DNA from: a virus
Length of the DNA stretch: 28,407 nucleotides
Reading direction: 5' to 3' (one strand)
Virus record (IMG/VR): IMGVR_UViG_2554235475_000003
Location: 1 to 28,407 of that record
Part shown: piece after piece, positions 15,283 through 24,854 of the stretch
Numbering within the stretch: position 1 is the stretch's first letter
Layout of the letters: every line of letters begins with the position of its first letter
Made by a program: the position numbers and the translations under genes
The notes under the pieces: generated by a model
The model's input: the letters and a program-made list of their open reading frames with translations, nothing else
The model's database searches: none
What the model was told of the DNA's origin: nothing

Positions 15283-17529
15283 ATGGCCGTCGCTGACACT
15301 CTCCGCGGGATCATCACTGCGGACGCCTCAGGCGTGGAAAAGGCCGTCAGCGACGCCGATCAGCAACTCGGATCACTGTCTGACCGCGCGGTAGCGACCG
15401 GCGAGCGGATGCAGTCGGCCGGCCGCTCGATGACGATGGGGATCTCCGCACCCCTCGCAGCGATGGGTGGGCTCGCCGTCCGGCAGGCAGCCCAATTCGA
15501 CCAATCGATGCAGCAGTCGATCGCCGTCATGGGCGACGTCGACGAGGCGATGCGCGAGAAACTCGAAGCGACCGCCCGCGAAGTGGCGACAACGACGACG
15601 CGCTCTCACCAGGAGGCTGCCGACTCGTTCTACTTCCTCGCGAGCGCCGGCCTCTCTGCCACCGAAGCGATGGAGGCGATGCCGCAGGTCGCCGCGTTCG
15701 CGGAAGCCGGACAGATGAACATGGCCGACGCGACCGACGTCGCGACGAACGTGATGTCGGCGTACAACATTGAGGCCGAGAACATGTCGCGGGTGACCGA
15801 CGTGATGACCGAGACGGTCACCAACCACAACCAGACAATGGAGGGGATGAGCGCCGCCTTCCAGAACGCGGCGCCGGCGGCAGCGTCGATGGGCGTCGAA
15901 CTCGACGAGCTCGCCGCACTCACCGGGCGGCTCGGCGACGTCGGTATCCAGGGCGCCGAGGCCGGGACCGCACTGAGCAGCATCATGCGGCGGTTCGCGA
16001 AACGTTCGGGCGAAGCGGGGCAGGTCCTCGACGAGCTCAACATCCAGACGACCGACGCCCAGGGCAACCTGCTCCCGCTGACGGAGATCTTCGCGCAACT
16101 TGAGTCGGAGCAGCTGAGCGCTGCGGAGTCTGCCGCGCTGTTCGGCGAGCAGGCGGCAGCCGGGAACGCACTGTTGAACGCCGGCGCCGAGAACCTCGAA
16201 GCATACCGTACAGCGATCGATGACTCCGCCGGGGCGACACAGAGCCTCGCGGAGACACAACGCGAGACGCTGAACGCAGAGCTCCAACAGACGCGCTCGC
16301 AACTGAACGACGCCGCGATCACGATCGGCGCCGACGTCATGCCGATGGTGTCGACGCTCGCCGGCCACGTCGGCACGCTCGCTGATCGATTCGGCAACCT
16401 CTCCGACCGACAGCAGAAGGTCATCCTCGCAGCCGGAGCACTCGGTGTGGCGCTCCCACCGCTCATCTGGGGGCTCGGCACGCTCGTCACGTCGGCGTCT
16501 GCGCTCTCCAGTGCGTACGCCACCCTCGCCGGCGTGAGTCTGAGCACGCTCGTCCCGTCGCTCGGCGCCGTCTCCACCGCAGGGATCGCGACGCAGGTCG
16601 CTCTCGGCCCGATCACGGTTCCCATTTGGGCGATCATCGCCGCGATCGGCGCGCTCGTCGGTGCTACCGCTGGCCTGTGGTACGCGTGGGACAACAACGT
16701 TCTCGGGATACAGGATACGACCGAGGCAGCGTTCCAACGGATCAAGGGCTGGTTCACGACGGCGCCGGCGTGGATGCTCGTGCTGCTCGGCCCGATCGGG
16801 CAACTCTACCTCGCGTGGCGTGAGAACCTCTTCGGCGTGCAGGACGTCGTCGGCACGGTCTTCGACTGGATCGGCGACAAGATCGGCTGGCTCATCGACC
16901 GTATCGATTCGCTGCCAGGGATCAACTTCGGCGATGACGACGTCGAGATCGACGAGGGCGCTGTCGAAGCCGAGGGTGCCGCTGCCGGCGAGGCGTACGC
17001 GGCGTCGTTCGAGGGAGCGGGCGAGCCCGATGTCGCAGCCATGACGCCCGGCGCCGGGATGGGCGTCGACGCCGGCGAAGAGATCAAAGGCGAGATGACG
17101 CCCGCGATCCGCGAGGCGCTCGAAGATGGCGTCGACGGCTACGTCAGCGACCCTGACGACATCGAGGATGCGCCGACGGCCATCAACGGGGCGCTGTTCG
17201 ACGCGGTCTCCCGACAGCAGGGTGGTGCGACCGCGGAGTCACTCGGTGTCTCCGAAGCGGAGTTCAAGACGCTCATGCAGCGCTTCTCCGGAAGTGATGG
17301 GTCGACGTCGTCGACACCGTCGGCCGACCTCGTCGCCGGCGCGAGTACATCTGCGAGTCCCAGCGCTGGCAGCGCCGGGATGAGCACGCAGGAGTTCAAG
17401 ACCGCGCTTCGAGAGGTGCTCGACGGACTGCGACTCGACACACGACTCGACACCGACCAGCGCGGATTCGAACAGTTCATCGAGGAGATCGTGGATGCCC
17501 GGCTCGCTGAAGCCGGGCAGGGGAGGTGA
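15283..17529 (+). CDS. Tape measure protein (TP901/PhageMin_Tail type), 748 aa
   Basis: EAADSFYFLASAG, LGDVGIQGAEAGTAL core. Ala-rich helical body with hydrophobic and W/F periodic segments. Confidence 0.92.
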   Translation: MAVADTLRGIITADASGVEKAVSDADQQLGSLSDRAVATGERMQSAGRSMTMGISAPLAAMGGLAVRQAAQFDQSMQQSIAVMGDVDEAMREKLEATAREVATTTTRSHQEAADSFYFLASAGLSATEAMEAMPQVAAFAEAGQMNMADATDVATNVMSAYNIEAENMSRVTDVMTETVTNHNQTMEGMSAAFQNAAPAAASMGVELDELAALTGRLGDVGIQGAEAGTALSSIMRRFAKRSGEAGQVLDELNIQTTDAQGNLLPLTEIFAQLESEQLSAAESAALFGEQAAAGNALLNAGAENLEAYRTAIDDSAGATQSLAETQRETLNAELQQTRSQLNDAAITIGADVMPMVSTLAGHVGTLADRFGNLSDRQQKVILAAGALGVALPPLIWGLGTLVTSASALSSAYATLAGVSLSTLVPSLGAVSTAGIATQVALGPITVPIWAIIAAIGALVGATAGLWYAWDNNVLGIQDTTEAAFQRIKGWFTTAPAWMLVLLGPIGQLYLAWRENLFGVQDVVGTVFDWIGDKIGWLIDRIDSLPGINFGDDDVEIDEGAVEAEGAAAGEAYAASFEGAGEPDVAAMTPGAGMGVDAGEEIKGEMTPAIREALEDGVDGYVSDPDDIEDAPTAINGALFDAVSRQQGGATAESLGVSEAEFKTLMQRFSGSDGSTSSTPSADLVAGASTSASPSAGSAGMSTQEFKTALREVLDGLRLDTRLDTDQRGFEQFIEEIVDARLAEAGQGR

Positions 17530-18737
17530 CTGAGCACGTGAACATATACACCATTGACTTGCCAGACCGAACCGTCGAGATCGCCCCGCGCTCGGGTGGT
17601 CACGAGACAGCGACCGCGGCCGTCCTCGACGAGGGTACCTATGTCGAGTCCACCGGAGTGAGCGCGCAGTCGTTCGACGTCGACGTGACGTTCAACGGCG
17701 ACCGGCGCGCCACGTGGCACGCGGACGCGCTCGAAACGCTCGGGAACAACCCTGCGATCGGCGTGCTTCCGCTCGGTGGGAGTACCCACGCCGGCGTCGA
17801 CGGCTACTACGTTGCGAGCTCGACACGCCGTGACCCGCGACTCGCCGAGCCTCCTGGAGCAGACCTCGCAGCGAGTGACGCCACCGAATCGGTGACGCTT
17901 ACCCTCGAACGAGCCGGGACGCGCAAGCGGCACGTCCTCGCTGTGAAGACCGCACCAAGTCAGCCCGATCCGGGCCATCCGTTTGGAAACGACACCGACG
18001 CGATCGTCGGACTCCCAGCCGACGCCCGGCGCGTTCGGATCGTCGACGCGACGAGCTCGCCCACAGAGCGCGAGCGTCCCACTCCCGTCGCGACCGTCGA
18101 CGCCGAACACGGCGCCGTCGATCTGTTCGACGCGACCGCCGAGGCGATCGACGAGCCGGTGTACCTGTTCGATCTGGACTATGATCTGCAGGGCGACGTC
18201 GACCCCGGCGTGTGGGACACGTACGGGCAGGCGGACCGGCTCGACGAGGACGGTGTCGTCTCCTGGGGGCGCGTGTTCGCGACGGCACACGACTTCTCCG
18301 GAAGCGTGGTGTGCGAAAACGGGCTGTTGCGAGTGACGATCGACGAACCGACGAACGCAGACGAGACGGCGAGCCTCGACGTCGAGGAGTACGACGCCGA
18401 CGCCGACGCCTGGACCACAGTCGCGCTCCCGGAGTACTCCGCCGATCTCGACACCGACTGGCAGCCCACCGACGTCGATCTGACGCACATCGGGCAGGCA
18501 TCCGTCCGCGCACAGGTCGAGTTCGAGGCCGTCGCCGGCGACCAAGAGGGTGACGTCTACGCGCTCGACGTCGAGCTCGAACGCGGGCGCTCCGAGTTGG
18601 AGGTGTGGATCCCCGAGAGCGTGGACGAAGCGATTCCTGCAGATCTCAAAACAATGTTAGAGCCAATCGCAGCGACGAACCAGGTGGATAGCGGCGCCGA
18701 GCAGGGGCTTGTGGCGAGAGAGGAGGTGAGGTTGTAG
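17526..18737 (+). CDS. Tail-tip protein following the tape measure (distal-tail-like), about 403 aa
   Basis: Position directly after the TMP, GTGA coupling (alternative GTG start at 17538). Function by synteny only. Confidence 0.62.
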   Translation: MTEHVNIYTIDLPDRTVEIAPRSGGHETATAAVLDEGTYVESTGVSAQSFDVDVTFNGDRRATWHADALETLGNNPAIGVLPLGGSTHAGVDGYYVASSTRRDPRLAEPPGADLAASDATESVTLTLERAGTRKRHVLAVKTAPSQPDPGHPFGNDTDAIVGLPADARRVRIVDATSSPTERERPTPVATVDAEHGAVDLFDATAEAIDEPVYLFDLDYDLQGDVDPGVWDTYGQADRLDEDGVVSWGRVFATAHDFSGSVVCENGLLRVTIDEPTNADETASLDVEEYDADADAWTTVALPEYSADLDTDWQPTDVDLTHIGQASVRAQVEFEAVAGDQEGDVYALDVELERGRSELEVWIPESVDEAIPADLKTMLEPIAATNQVDSGAEQGLVAREEVRL

Positions 18738-20456
18738 ATGCCGAGTGAGACGCTCACTGCGGGGCAAGATTTCACGGTTCCGGATGGTATCTTTGAAGCG
18801 ACGGTAACACTTGAGGGTGAAGCCGGTGAGGATGCAGACGCGTTAGGAGGCGATGGCGGTCGTGTGGTTGGGACGCTGACTCTAACCCCGGGCGAGACAC
18901 TCTACATACGTCGCTCACTCGGCGGTAACGGATTCTCTGCTGGGGGCGGAGGGGACTCTATTGATATTCGCCAAGGAGGCGAATCACTCTCCGATCGTGT
19001 AGCCGTTGCTGCAGGCGGTGGTGGTGGTGGAGAAGGCGACTCAAACGCAGGGGCTGGCGGAGCAGGTGGGGGCGACACAGGTGAGAGTGGCTCTGGCGGC
19101 GGCGGCGCCGTATCAGGAGGTCTTGGAGGAGACCAAACATCTGGTGGTAGTGGCGGCCGTGCGCAAGACGGGTCGTTCGGAGATGGCGGCGACGGCGAGG
19201 AACGCGATCGTGATGGCGCCGGCGGTGGTGCAGGTTGGTACGGTGGTGGTGGTGGGGACGGTGACGGCGCTAGCTTTCAGGGATATGCTGGCGCAGGTGG
19301 CGGCGGCGGATCCAACTACGTCGGCGGACTGGACTCAGTCACCGCCAACGAGCGCGGGACTGGTAACTCACACAACGTCGAGATCGAGTATACAGAACAG
19401 CCGCTAGCTCCCAACAACACCGAACAGTCCGTCGACGGCGACGAAAGCATCGGCGTCACGTGGAGCGAAGATACTAGCGGCGGAGCTTCGGAAGACTATG
19501 ACGTTCAACTCAGTATCGACGGAGGATCGTTCACACAGATCACGAACACTTCCAACACGTCATACACCTACGCTGCGACGCCGTCCGACAACAACCACCG
19601 CTTCCGTGTCCGGGCGAATAACTCTGGAGGTTCGTCTGATTGGTCGTACACCGAGGCCGTCGACACAGATCCGACGAATCTCGTCACCACCGGCACTGCC
19701 CAATCAGAAATCTCGCTCGCGTGGGACGGTGTCCGAGACGCGACCGGGTACGAGGTGCTCCGCGCGGAGTCGTCAGGGTCAGACCCAGCCGACTACACGG
19801 CTGTCGCCACGCCGAGTGCGTCGCTGTATACAGACACCGACCTCGAAGATGGCGAGCAGTACTACTACCGTGTCAGGGCGATCTACTCCGGCACGCCGTC
19901 GCAGCCAACCGGAGAAGTCGACGCGACGACGCCGCTCCCGTCGCCGACGATCGACACCCTCGACACGACCACCGCACGCGAGATCTCCGTCGAGTACACC
20001 CTCCCCGACGACTCCACCGATGGCGACCTCACCATCGAGCGCTCCGAGGACGACGGCGCGACGTGGACCACGATCGCGACCGTCACGGATCTCTCAGCGA
20101 CAACGTACACGGACACGGGTCTGCTCGACGGCGAGGAGTACACTTACCGACTCACGCGTGATACGGGCGATGCGAGCGCTGAGTCAATCGATTCCGCGAT
20201 AACCGATCTCCCTGCGCCAACTGTCCTCGCCCCTGATGCGGCTGGAGACACGCATCTCGGCGTCTCGTGGGACGCAACACACAACAACGGCGACACGCGC
20301 GTCGAGTATCGCGAAGACGATAGCGGTGACTGGGTGACCCACACAACCGTTGCACGCGATACGGAGCAGGCGACGGTCGACGGCCTGCTCAACGGCCAGT
20401 TGTATGGCATCCGCGTCGTCGCTGAGACTGACCACGCAGAGTCGGAGGACCAGTAA
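18738..20456 (+). CDS. Putative adhesin/receptor-binding protein: N-terminal glycine-rich (polyglycine II-type) domain plus four FN3-like repeats
   Basis: GGGGDSIDIRQGG...RVAVAAGGGGGG and GGGAGWYGGGGG...GAGGGGGSNY motifs of the Gly-rich ALK/LTK-like family. Four FN3 units with W...Y...Y/FxxRVRA pattern. Confidence 0.8.
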   Translation: MPSETLTAGQDFTVPDGIFEATVTLEGEAGEDADALGGDGGRVVGTLTLTPGETLYIRRSLGGNGFSAGGGGDSIDIRQGGESLSDRVAVAAGGGGGGEGDSNAGAGGAGGGDTGESGSGGGGAVSGGLGGDQTSGGSGGRAQDGSFGDGGDGEERDRDGAGGGAGWYGGGGGDGDGASFQGYAGAGGGGGSNYVGGLDSVTANERGTGNSHNVEIEYTEQPLAPNNTEQSVDGDESIGVTWSEDTSGGASEDYDVQLSIDGGSFTQITNTSNTSYTYAATPSDNNHRFRVRANNSGGSSDWSYTEAVDTDPTNLVTTGTAQSEISLAWDGVRDATGYEVLRAESSGSDPADYTAVATPSASLYTDTDLEDGEQYYYRVRAIYSGTPSQPTGEVDATTPLPSPTIDTLDTTTAREISVEYTLPDDSTDGDLTIERSEDDGATWTTIATVTDLSATTYTDTGLLDGEEYTYRLTRDTGDASAESIDSAITDLPAPTVLAPDAAGDTHLGVSWDATHNNGDTRVEYREDDSGDWVTHTTVARDTEQATVDGLLNGQLYGIRVVAETDHAESEDQ

Positions 20457-23228
20457 ATGCCTATCCAAATCACTACCACGCTCCCTGACGAGGACCAGCC
20501 CGTCCTCGGGAACGGCGTCGAGGACGAGGTCGCCGTCGACCGCGAGAGCGCCCCCACCAACTACGGCGACGTCCGCATCCAGATCCGCGAGACGGGCCAA
20601 TCCGCGTGGGACGCCTCGGCAGAGGGGTTCGGCGAGTTCGTCGGCGCCTACGACACACTCTCGATGGAGTTCGTCGGCAGACTCGATGGGGAAGAGTACG
20701 AGGTTCGTGCCCGCACGGAGACCGAGCACGTCACCGGTGCGTGGACCGAGCCCGTCGCGATCACGACGAAGTTCCCGGGCGTCACCGAGCTCACGGCGAC
20801 GGCGATCTCCGAGACGGAGGTCGAACTGGAGTGGATCGATAACGCCGACAACGAGTCCGGGCAGGAAGTCATCCGCGAGCGGCGCGTCAACGACGGGTGG
20901 TGGCCCGAGCGCATCGTCGAGGACGTCGGCCCGAACACCGAGTCGTTCGTCGACGACACGGCACCGTCGGACACCGAGCTACGCTACCGTATTCGCGCCT
21001 ATACGCCGTACGCTGAAGGGGTGTCGAACACGGACACAGCGACGACCGACGACCTCGGGATCCCACGCCGGCGCATCCCGGCATCGGGGTGGCGCGTCGA
21101 GATCGAGCACCCGGACCAAGACGCCCCGCTCACGCCGACCGTGCTTGAGGGCGCCACCCCGAAGGCGATCCTCAACGACTTTCCGCGCGTCGAGATCCCG
21201 GTGCCCGAATCCGGGCGCTGGGACGACGACACGCTCGAACGCGCGGAGATGCGCGTCTGGAAGGACGGCGAGCGCCTACCGATCGAGCGGTTCGAGCGGC
21301 CGGTCCGCGAACCTGGACGGGTCGTCCTCCACGGCCGCGGTGGGATCGAACTCGACAAAGACGTCGAGTTCGACGTCGGCCAGATCGAGGACGTCGACGA
21401 CGTGGTTCGCGAGCTGCTCGACACGGAGACGCCGTACGCCAAGACCGTCGACGACCCGGCGGCCGACGTTCGCGGAGACGTGTCGGTGCTGACTGCGGAC
21501 ACGACGACGACGTACCAGAGTGCATTCGCCGAGATTGACGCGATCACGGGAAACGATGTCCCGGTGGAACTGCTACTCAACCCGTCGCGGATCGCCACGG
21601 CGCCCATCGCATGGCTGCAGTCGAGCGATGAAGCGGTCGAGACGCCGCAACTCGCACGCATCGACGAACCGGATACATACTGGCGGGGGCGAGCACACCG
21701 CCTCGAACAGAGTGGCGACGCCCTGGAGTGGGACTTCGACGTCCGGCACGCCGTGGACGCCGGCAACGTTGCACTACGAATCCGCAAAGAGCAGCCTGTC
21801 GCCGATGAAAACCCCGGCGTCAGGTTCTATCTTGACGGTACCGAGATCGGGACGTACCCTGTCGACCTGGAAGGATCGACGAGCGAGGGGGCGCCAGAGT
21901 GGTTCGACCTAGAGATAACGAGTACCGTCACGGACGACCTCGACGCCGGCACGCACACACTCCGCGTCGAAGTGATTGATGAGTCGGCGAGCTCTGACGG
22001 CGAGTGGATCGTCGACGGGTTCGGCGCCGGCGACGACGCGTACCCAGTCGATTGGTCACTCGGCAGTGGTGCCTCGGCGATCGTCGACGGCGTCATCCAA
22101 GGCCCGCCGATCTACCCCGACAGCGTCCAGATCACGACCGAGATCCAGTCCACCATCGAGCAGGTGATCGGCGGGCGGTTCACCGTCGACGCGAACAACA
22201 CTGCCGGGCAGTTCGCCGTCGAGATCAGCAACGATGGCGGCGAGACGTGGGTTTCGGCATCGAACACAGAGGAGGTGGAGGGCGCGTTCGCGAGCGGCAC
22301 GACACAGCTGCAGGGACGGGTCACGCTCTCGCGGTTCGACGAGGATGCGACCACGTCGCCCGCGGTCGGTGACGGTCGCCAGGAGATCTCGGGTGTGGAC
22401 CTGTTCGCCGATCTCGATACGACGCCCTTCGCACAGGGGTCGGCGTACGACGGGACAGTGATGGAGGTCCTCCAGCAGCTGGCCGATACGCACGGTTTCA
22501 TCTTCGAGTTAGCGTGGGACGACACCGCCGAGACGATCTCCGTCGAGTGGACCCAGCCCGGCCAACGGCAGGCGACGACGTCGGCGCCGGTGCTCGACTA
22601 CCAAACTGAGACCGACTCCGAGACTGTCGTCGAGAAGACGATCGTCTACGGCCGGTCGCGACGCGTTCGCGATCAAGAGGTTGAGCTCCCGCCGGACGGC
22701 CTGGCCGATATCGGTGACGACTACATCCAGCCCGGGACTGAGCGGGTGGCTGACCCCGACACGGGCGAGGTGTACACCATCGGCGACGACTACGAGATCC
22801 TCTTCAACGAGGGCGTGATCGGTGTTGTCGACGGCGGCGCGCTCGACGGCGGAGCCACGGTGATCATGGACTTCGAGACGCGGATCGCCGCCGAGTACGA
22901 GCTCCCCAGTGCTGATGGCTCGGGAGACACGATCCGCGAGACGGTCGAGTCGGCGTCGACGCGCCAGCTCGCTTCGCAGGCAGCCATCGCGATCACGACG
23001 CGGCTCTCGGAGCCGCAGCGCGGCGCACGGGTGACGCTTGATCGAGAGCGTGGGTTCGGCCTCGTCGGCGCGCTCGACATTGAGGACGTGCCTGCAGGGC
23101 CGCAGGTGGTTCGAGAGATCGAAGGTGCCGAGCGCGAGGTTGATGTGCGGCTCGGGGATCGTCTGTCGGCCAGAGAGGTTATCGACGACGTCCGCCAGCG
23201 TGTGGAGAGTGTGGCGCGGCGGCTGTAG
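20457..23228 (+). CDS. Large tail-tip/hub protein with two N-terminal FN3-like domains (923 aa)
   Basis: LDGEEYEVRART and VELEWIDNADNE...LRYRIRA FN3 motifs. C-terminal hub-like segments (VMEVLQQLADTHGFIF). Last gene of the tail operon. Confidence 0.72.
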   Translation: MPIQITTTLPDEDQPVLGNGVEDEVAVDRESAPTNYGDVRIQIRETGQSAWDASAEGFGEFVGAYDTLSMEFVGRLDGEEYEVRARTETEHVTGAWTEPVAITTKFPGVTELTATAISETEVELEWIDNADNESGQEVIRERRVNDGWWPERIVEDVGPNTESFVDDTAPSDTELRYRIRAYTPYAEGVSNTDTATTDDLGIPRRRIPASGWRVEIEHPDQDAPLTPTVLEGATPKAILNDFPRVEIPVPESGRWDDDTLERAEMRVWKDGERLPIERFERPVREPGRVVLHGRGGIELDKDVEFDVGQIEDVDDVVRELLDTETPYAKTVDDPAADVRGDVSVLTADTTTTYQSAFAEIDAITGNDVPVELLLNPSRIATAPIAWLQSSDEAVETPQLARIDEPDTYWRGRAHRLEQSGDALEWDFDVRHAVDAGNVALRIRKEQPVADENPGVRFYLDGTEIGTYPVDLEGSTSEGAPEWFDLEITSTVTDDLDAGTHTLRVEVIDESASSDGEWIVDGFGAGDDAYPVDWSLGSGASAIVDGVIQGPPIYPDSVQITTEIQSTIEQVIGGRFTVDANNTAGQFAVEISNDGGETWVSASNTEEVEGAFASGTTQLQGRVTLSRFDEDATTSPAVGDGRQEISGVDLFADLDTTPFAQGSAYDGTVMEVLQQLADTHGFIFELAWDDTAETISVEWTQPGQRQATTSAPVLDYQTETDSETVVEKTIVYGRSRRVRDQEVELPPDGLADIGDDYIQPGTERVADPDTGEVYTIGDDYEILFNEGVIGVVDGGALDGGATVIMDFETRIAAEYELPSADGSGDTIRETVESASTRQLASQAAIAITTRLSEPQRGARVTLDRERGFGLVGALDIEDVPAGPQVVREIEGAEREVDVRLGDRLSAREVIDDVRQRVESVARRL

Positions 23229-23554
23229 AGACTACACTGATGATCGTCCGGCGGGCGCGACGGGCGTGAGGCACCACACGCGCTCACCCATTCCCAACGC
23301 TACGACTCACCAGTAGCTACGTTCGTTGAGAACGCGACGCCGGGGATGGCGGCCCGGGTCGCGTGAATCTGCCCCCGTCTGACAAAGGGCAGGCACGGTC
23401 GACGTCGACAGAGGGCAGATCGAAGGGAGAGAAACGGGCCCGGTAGTGGGGGGAGAGAGCCCGTTTCCAGCAGGAACCAACAGTCCCTGTTGACTAATCA
23501 CGAGTCAATCAGTGAATAGGTTTTGGTTCTGTCCCAGTTCGTCAATTACTACCA

Positions 23555-24253
23555 ATGTTACTCCACGTTTCCAACACGCTGAGACGCATCGCTACCGATC
23601 CGATCGCCACAGCCGACGTCTGGGGGCCGATCGTCGTCCCACTCTTCGCGCTCCTGGCGCTGCTCGCCGCCCAGCAGTACGTCGGCCGGTGGCCCGACCT
23701 ATGGCGCTTCCGGCGGGCCGTGCTCCCGATCGTGGACCGACTCGCCGATGGCGAGTACGATGACGAGCTCGACGTCGTCGACGAGCACGTCGGCGTCGAC
23801 CTCGAGGCCGCAGCCGACCAACTCCCGGAGAAGACCGGGATGCCATTGCAGGCGAGCGAGTTCGTCGGCGTCCTTGACGCGCCGCCCGCCGTCGTTCGCG
23901 AGGAGCTCCGGTCGATGCCGAGAGTGTGGCCAAACACGCTCGCGTCGATCCAGTTTGAGGCCGTCGACGGCTCGCGGGTGTGGGAGGTCGGTAGCTACGC
24001 CTACCGACCCGAGGGCTTTCTCGGCGAGTGGCAGTATCACGTCCGTCTCACGCCTGCCGACGGCGGTCAGAAGACACGGCTGTGGGCGCACTACGAGCTG
24101 TCCGCTCTTCGGTACCCTGTGCGACACTACGACGGGGAGGGCTGGTCGAGCGAGGAAGGCGTCCACGAGATCGTGGCGCTGTTCGCGAGCGACAACCGGT
24201 TCGATCCGAGCGATCGGGCGGTCGCGCTGATCGGCGACGTCGTCGAGGCGTGA
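23555..24253 (+). CDS. Membrane-anchored hypothetical protein (232 aa)
   Basis: N-terminal hydrophobic helix VWGPIVVPLFALLALLAA. Aromatic/His-rich C-terminal domain (WEVGSYAYRP...WQYHVRL...WAHYE...RHY). Coding-like codon usage. Confidence 0.72.
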   Translation: MLLHVSNTLRRIATDPIATADVWGPIVVPLFALLALLAAQQYVGRWPDLWRFRRAVLPIVDRLADGEYDDELDVVDEHVGVDLEAAADQLPEKTGMPLQASEFVGVLDAPPAVVREELRSMPRVWPNTLASIQFEAVDGSRVWEVGSYAYRPEGFLGEWQYHVRLTPADGGQKTRLWAHYELSALRYPVRHYDGEGWSSEEGVHEIVALFASDNRFDPSDRAVALIGDVVEA

Positions 24254-24311
24254 CTCCTTCTACGGACGGATCGGATTAACCCTCCCATGTCACCTGCCAT
24301 TTTCCCGAGGG

Positions 24312-24317
24312 TTTATC
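24312..24317 (+). promoter_or_regulatory. TATA box (TTTATC) for a probable leaderless transcript of the 24342 gene
   Basis: About 27 nt upstream of the ATG at 24342. Confidence 0.45.
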
Positions 24318-24341
24318 CAGTCATGTCGATGAGACGAATGT

Positions 24342-24659
24342 ATGAATGGGAAAGGAAAGGCTGCCGCTGCCGTAGGTTCCGTAGGTGTCGTAGGTGGTGG
24401 GGCTGTGATAGCCTCGGAAGAGGCGCGGGAGAAGGCTGCTAGTGTGTCCCCAGTCGGGGGTGACGATGGCGGGAGCAGTTCGACCACGTCGAGTGGATCG
24501 ACCTCCGATGGAGGTGGCGAGACGGCTGCTGAGATCGCCGCTGATCCAACAGTCACGGAGTCGGTGGGCTCGTTCCTCACGTCACCTGAAGGGATTGTAA
24601 TTGTCCTCGCAGTATGCCTCGTTGCCGTGCTTGTCCTGAGTGCTCAGTCGGACGAGTAG
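24342..24659 (+). CDS. Small membrane protein (105 aa) with Ser/Gly/Thr-rich linker and C-terminal TM helix
   Basis: Hydrophobic N-terminal AAAAVGSVGVVGGGAVIA and C-terminal GIVIVLAVCLVAVLVLSA. Lower GC3 than the viral core genes. Confidence 0.6.
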   Translation: MNGKGKAAAAVGSVGVVGGGAVIASEEAREKAASVSPVGGDDGGSSSTTSSGSTSDGGGETAAEIAADPTVTESVGSFLTSPEGIVIVLAVCLVAVLVLSAQSDE

Positions 24660-24854
24660 GTCAGAGGTCTGAGCAGGAAGTGCCTATTTGTCGGGATAAA
24701 CTCAGTAATCTCGGAATCTGGAGGGCCACTCGTTAAGGTTGAGATTGTCGACATCCTCCTCTCGCAGTAACAGCTTCCGTTTCGAGTCACCCCAGCGACG
24801 GCCACGCCGGCTTCCTCCCGAACACTCATACTGGCGGCCACACGTTCCACGAGT

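Larger units (their letters stand above)
1..23228 (+). mobile_element. Haloarchaeal tailed-virus region (siphovirus-like, probably a provirus); left end outside window, right boundary somewhere between 23228 and about 25700
   Basis: Colinear terminase-portal-head-connector-tail tube-chaperone-tape measure-tail tip gene order. No sheath gene. Acidic proteins, ATGA/GTGA-coupled genes. A cellular-type S-layer gene lies downstream. No integrase or att site seen. Confidence 0.92.

Noticed and set aside
4002-18545. Long minus-strand ORFs (4002-5048, 5006-7177, 8292-9743, 9659-10849, 15373-16803, 17139-18545) and Arg/Pro-rich alternate-frame plus-strand ORFs
   Set aside because: Shadow frames produced by GC-rich, acidic codon bias opposite well-supported genes. 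No motifs or start signals.
18738-23228. Diversity-generating retroelement or invertible tail-fibre cassette
   Set aside because: No reverse transcriptase, recombinase, template/variable repeat pair or long inverted repeats visible.
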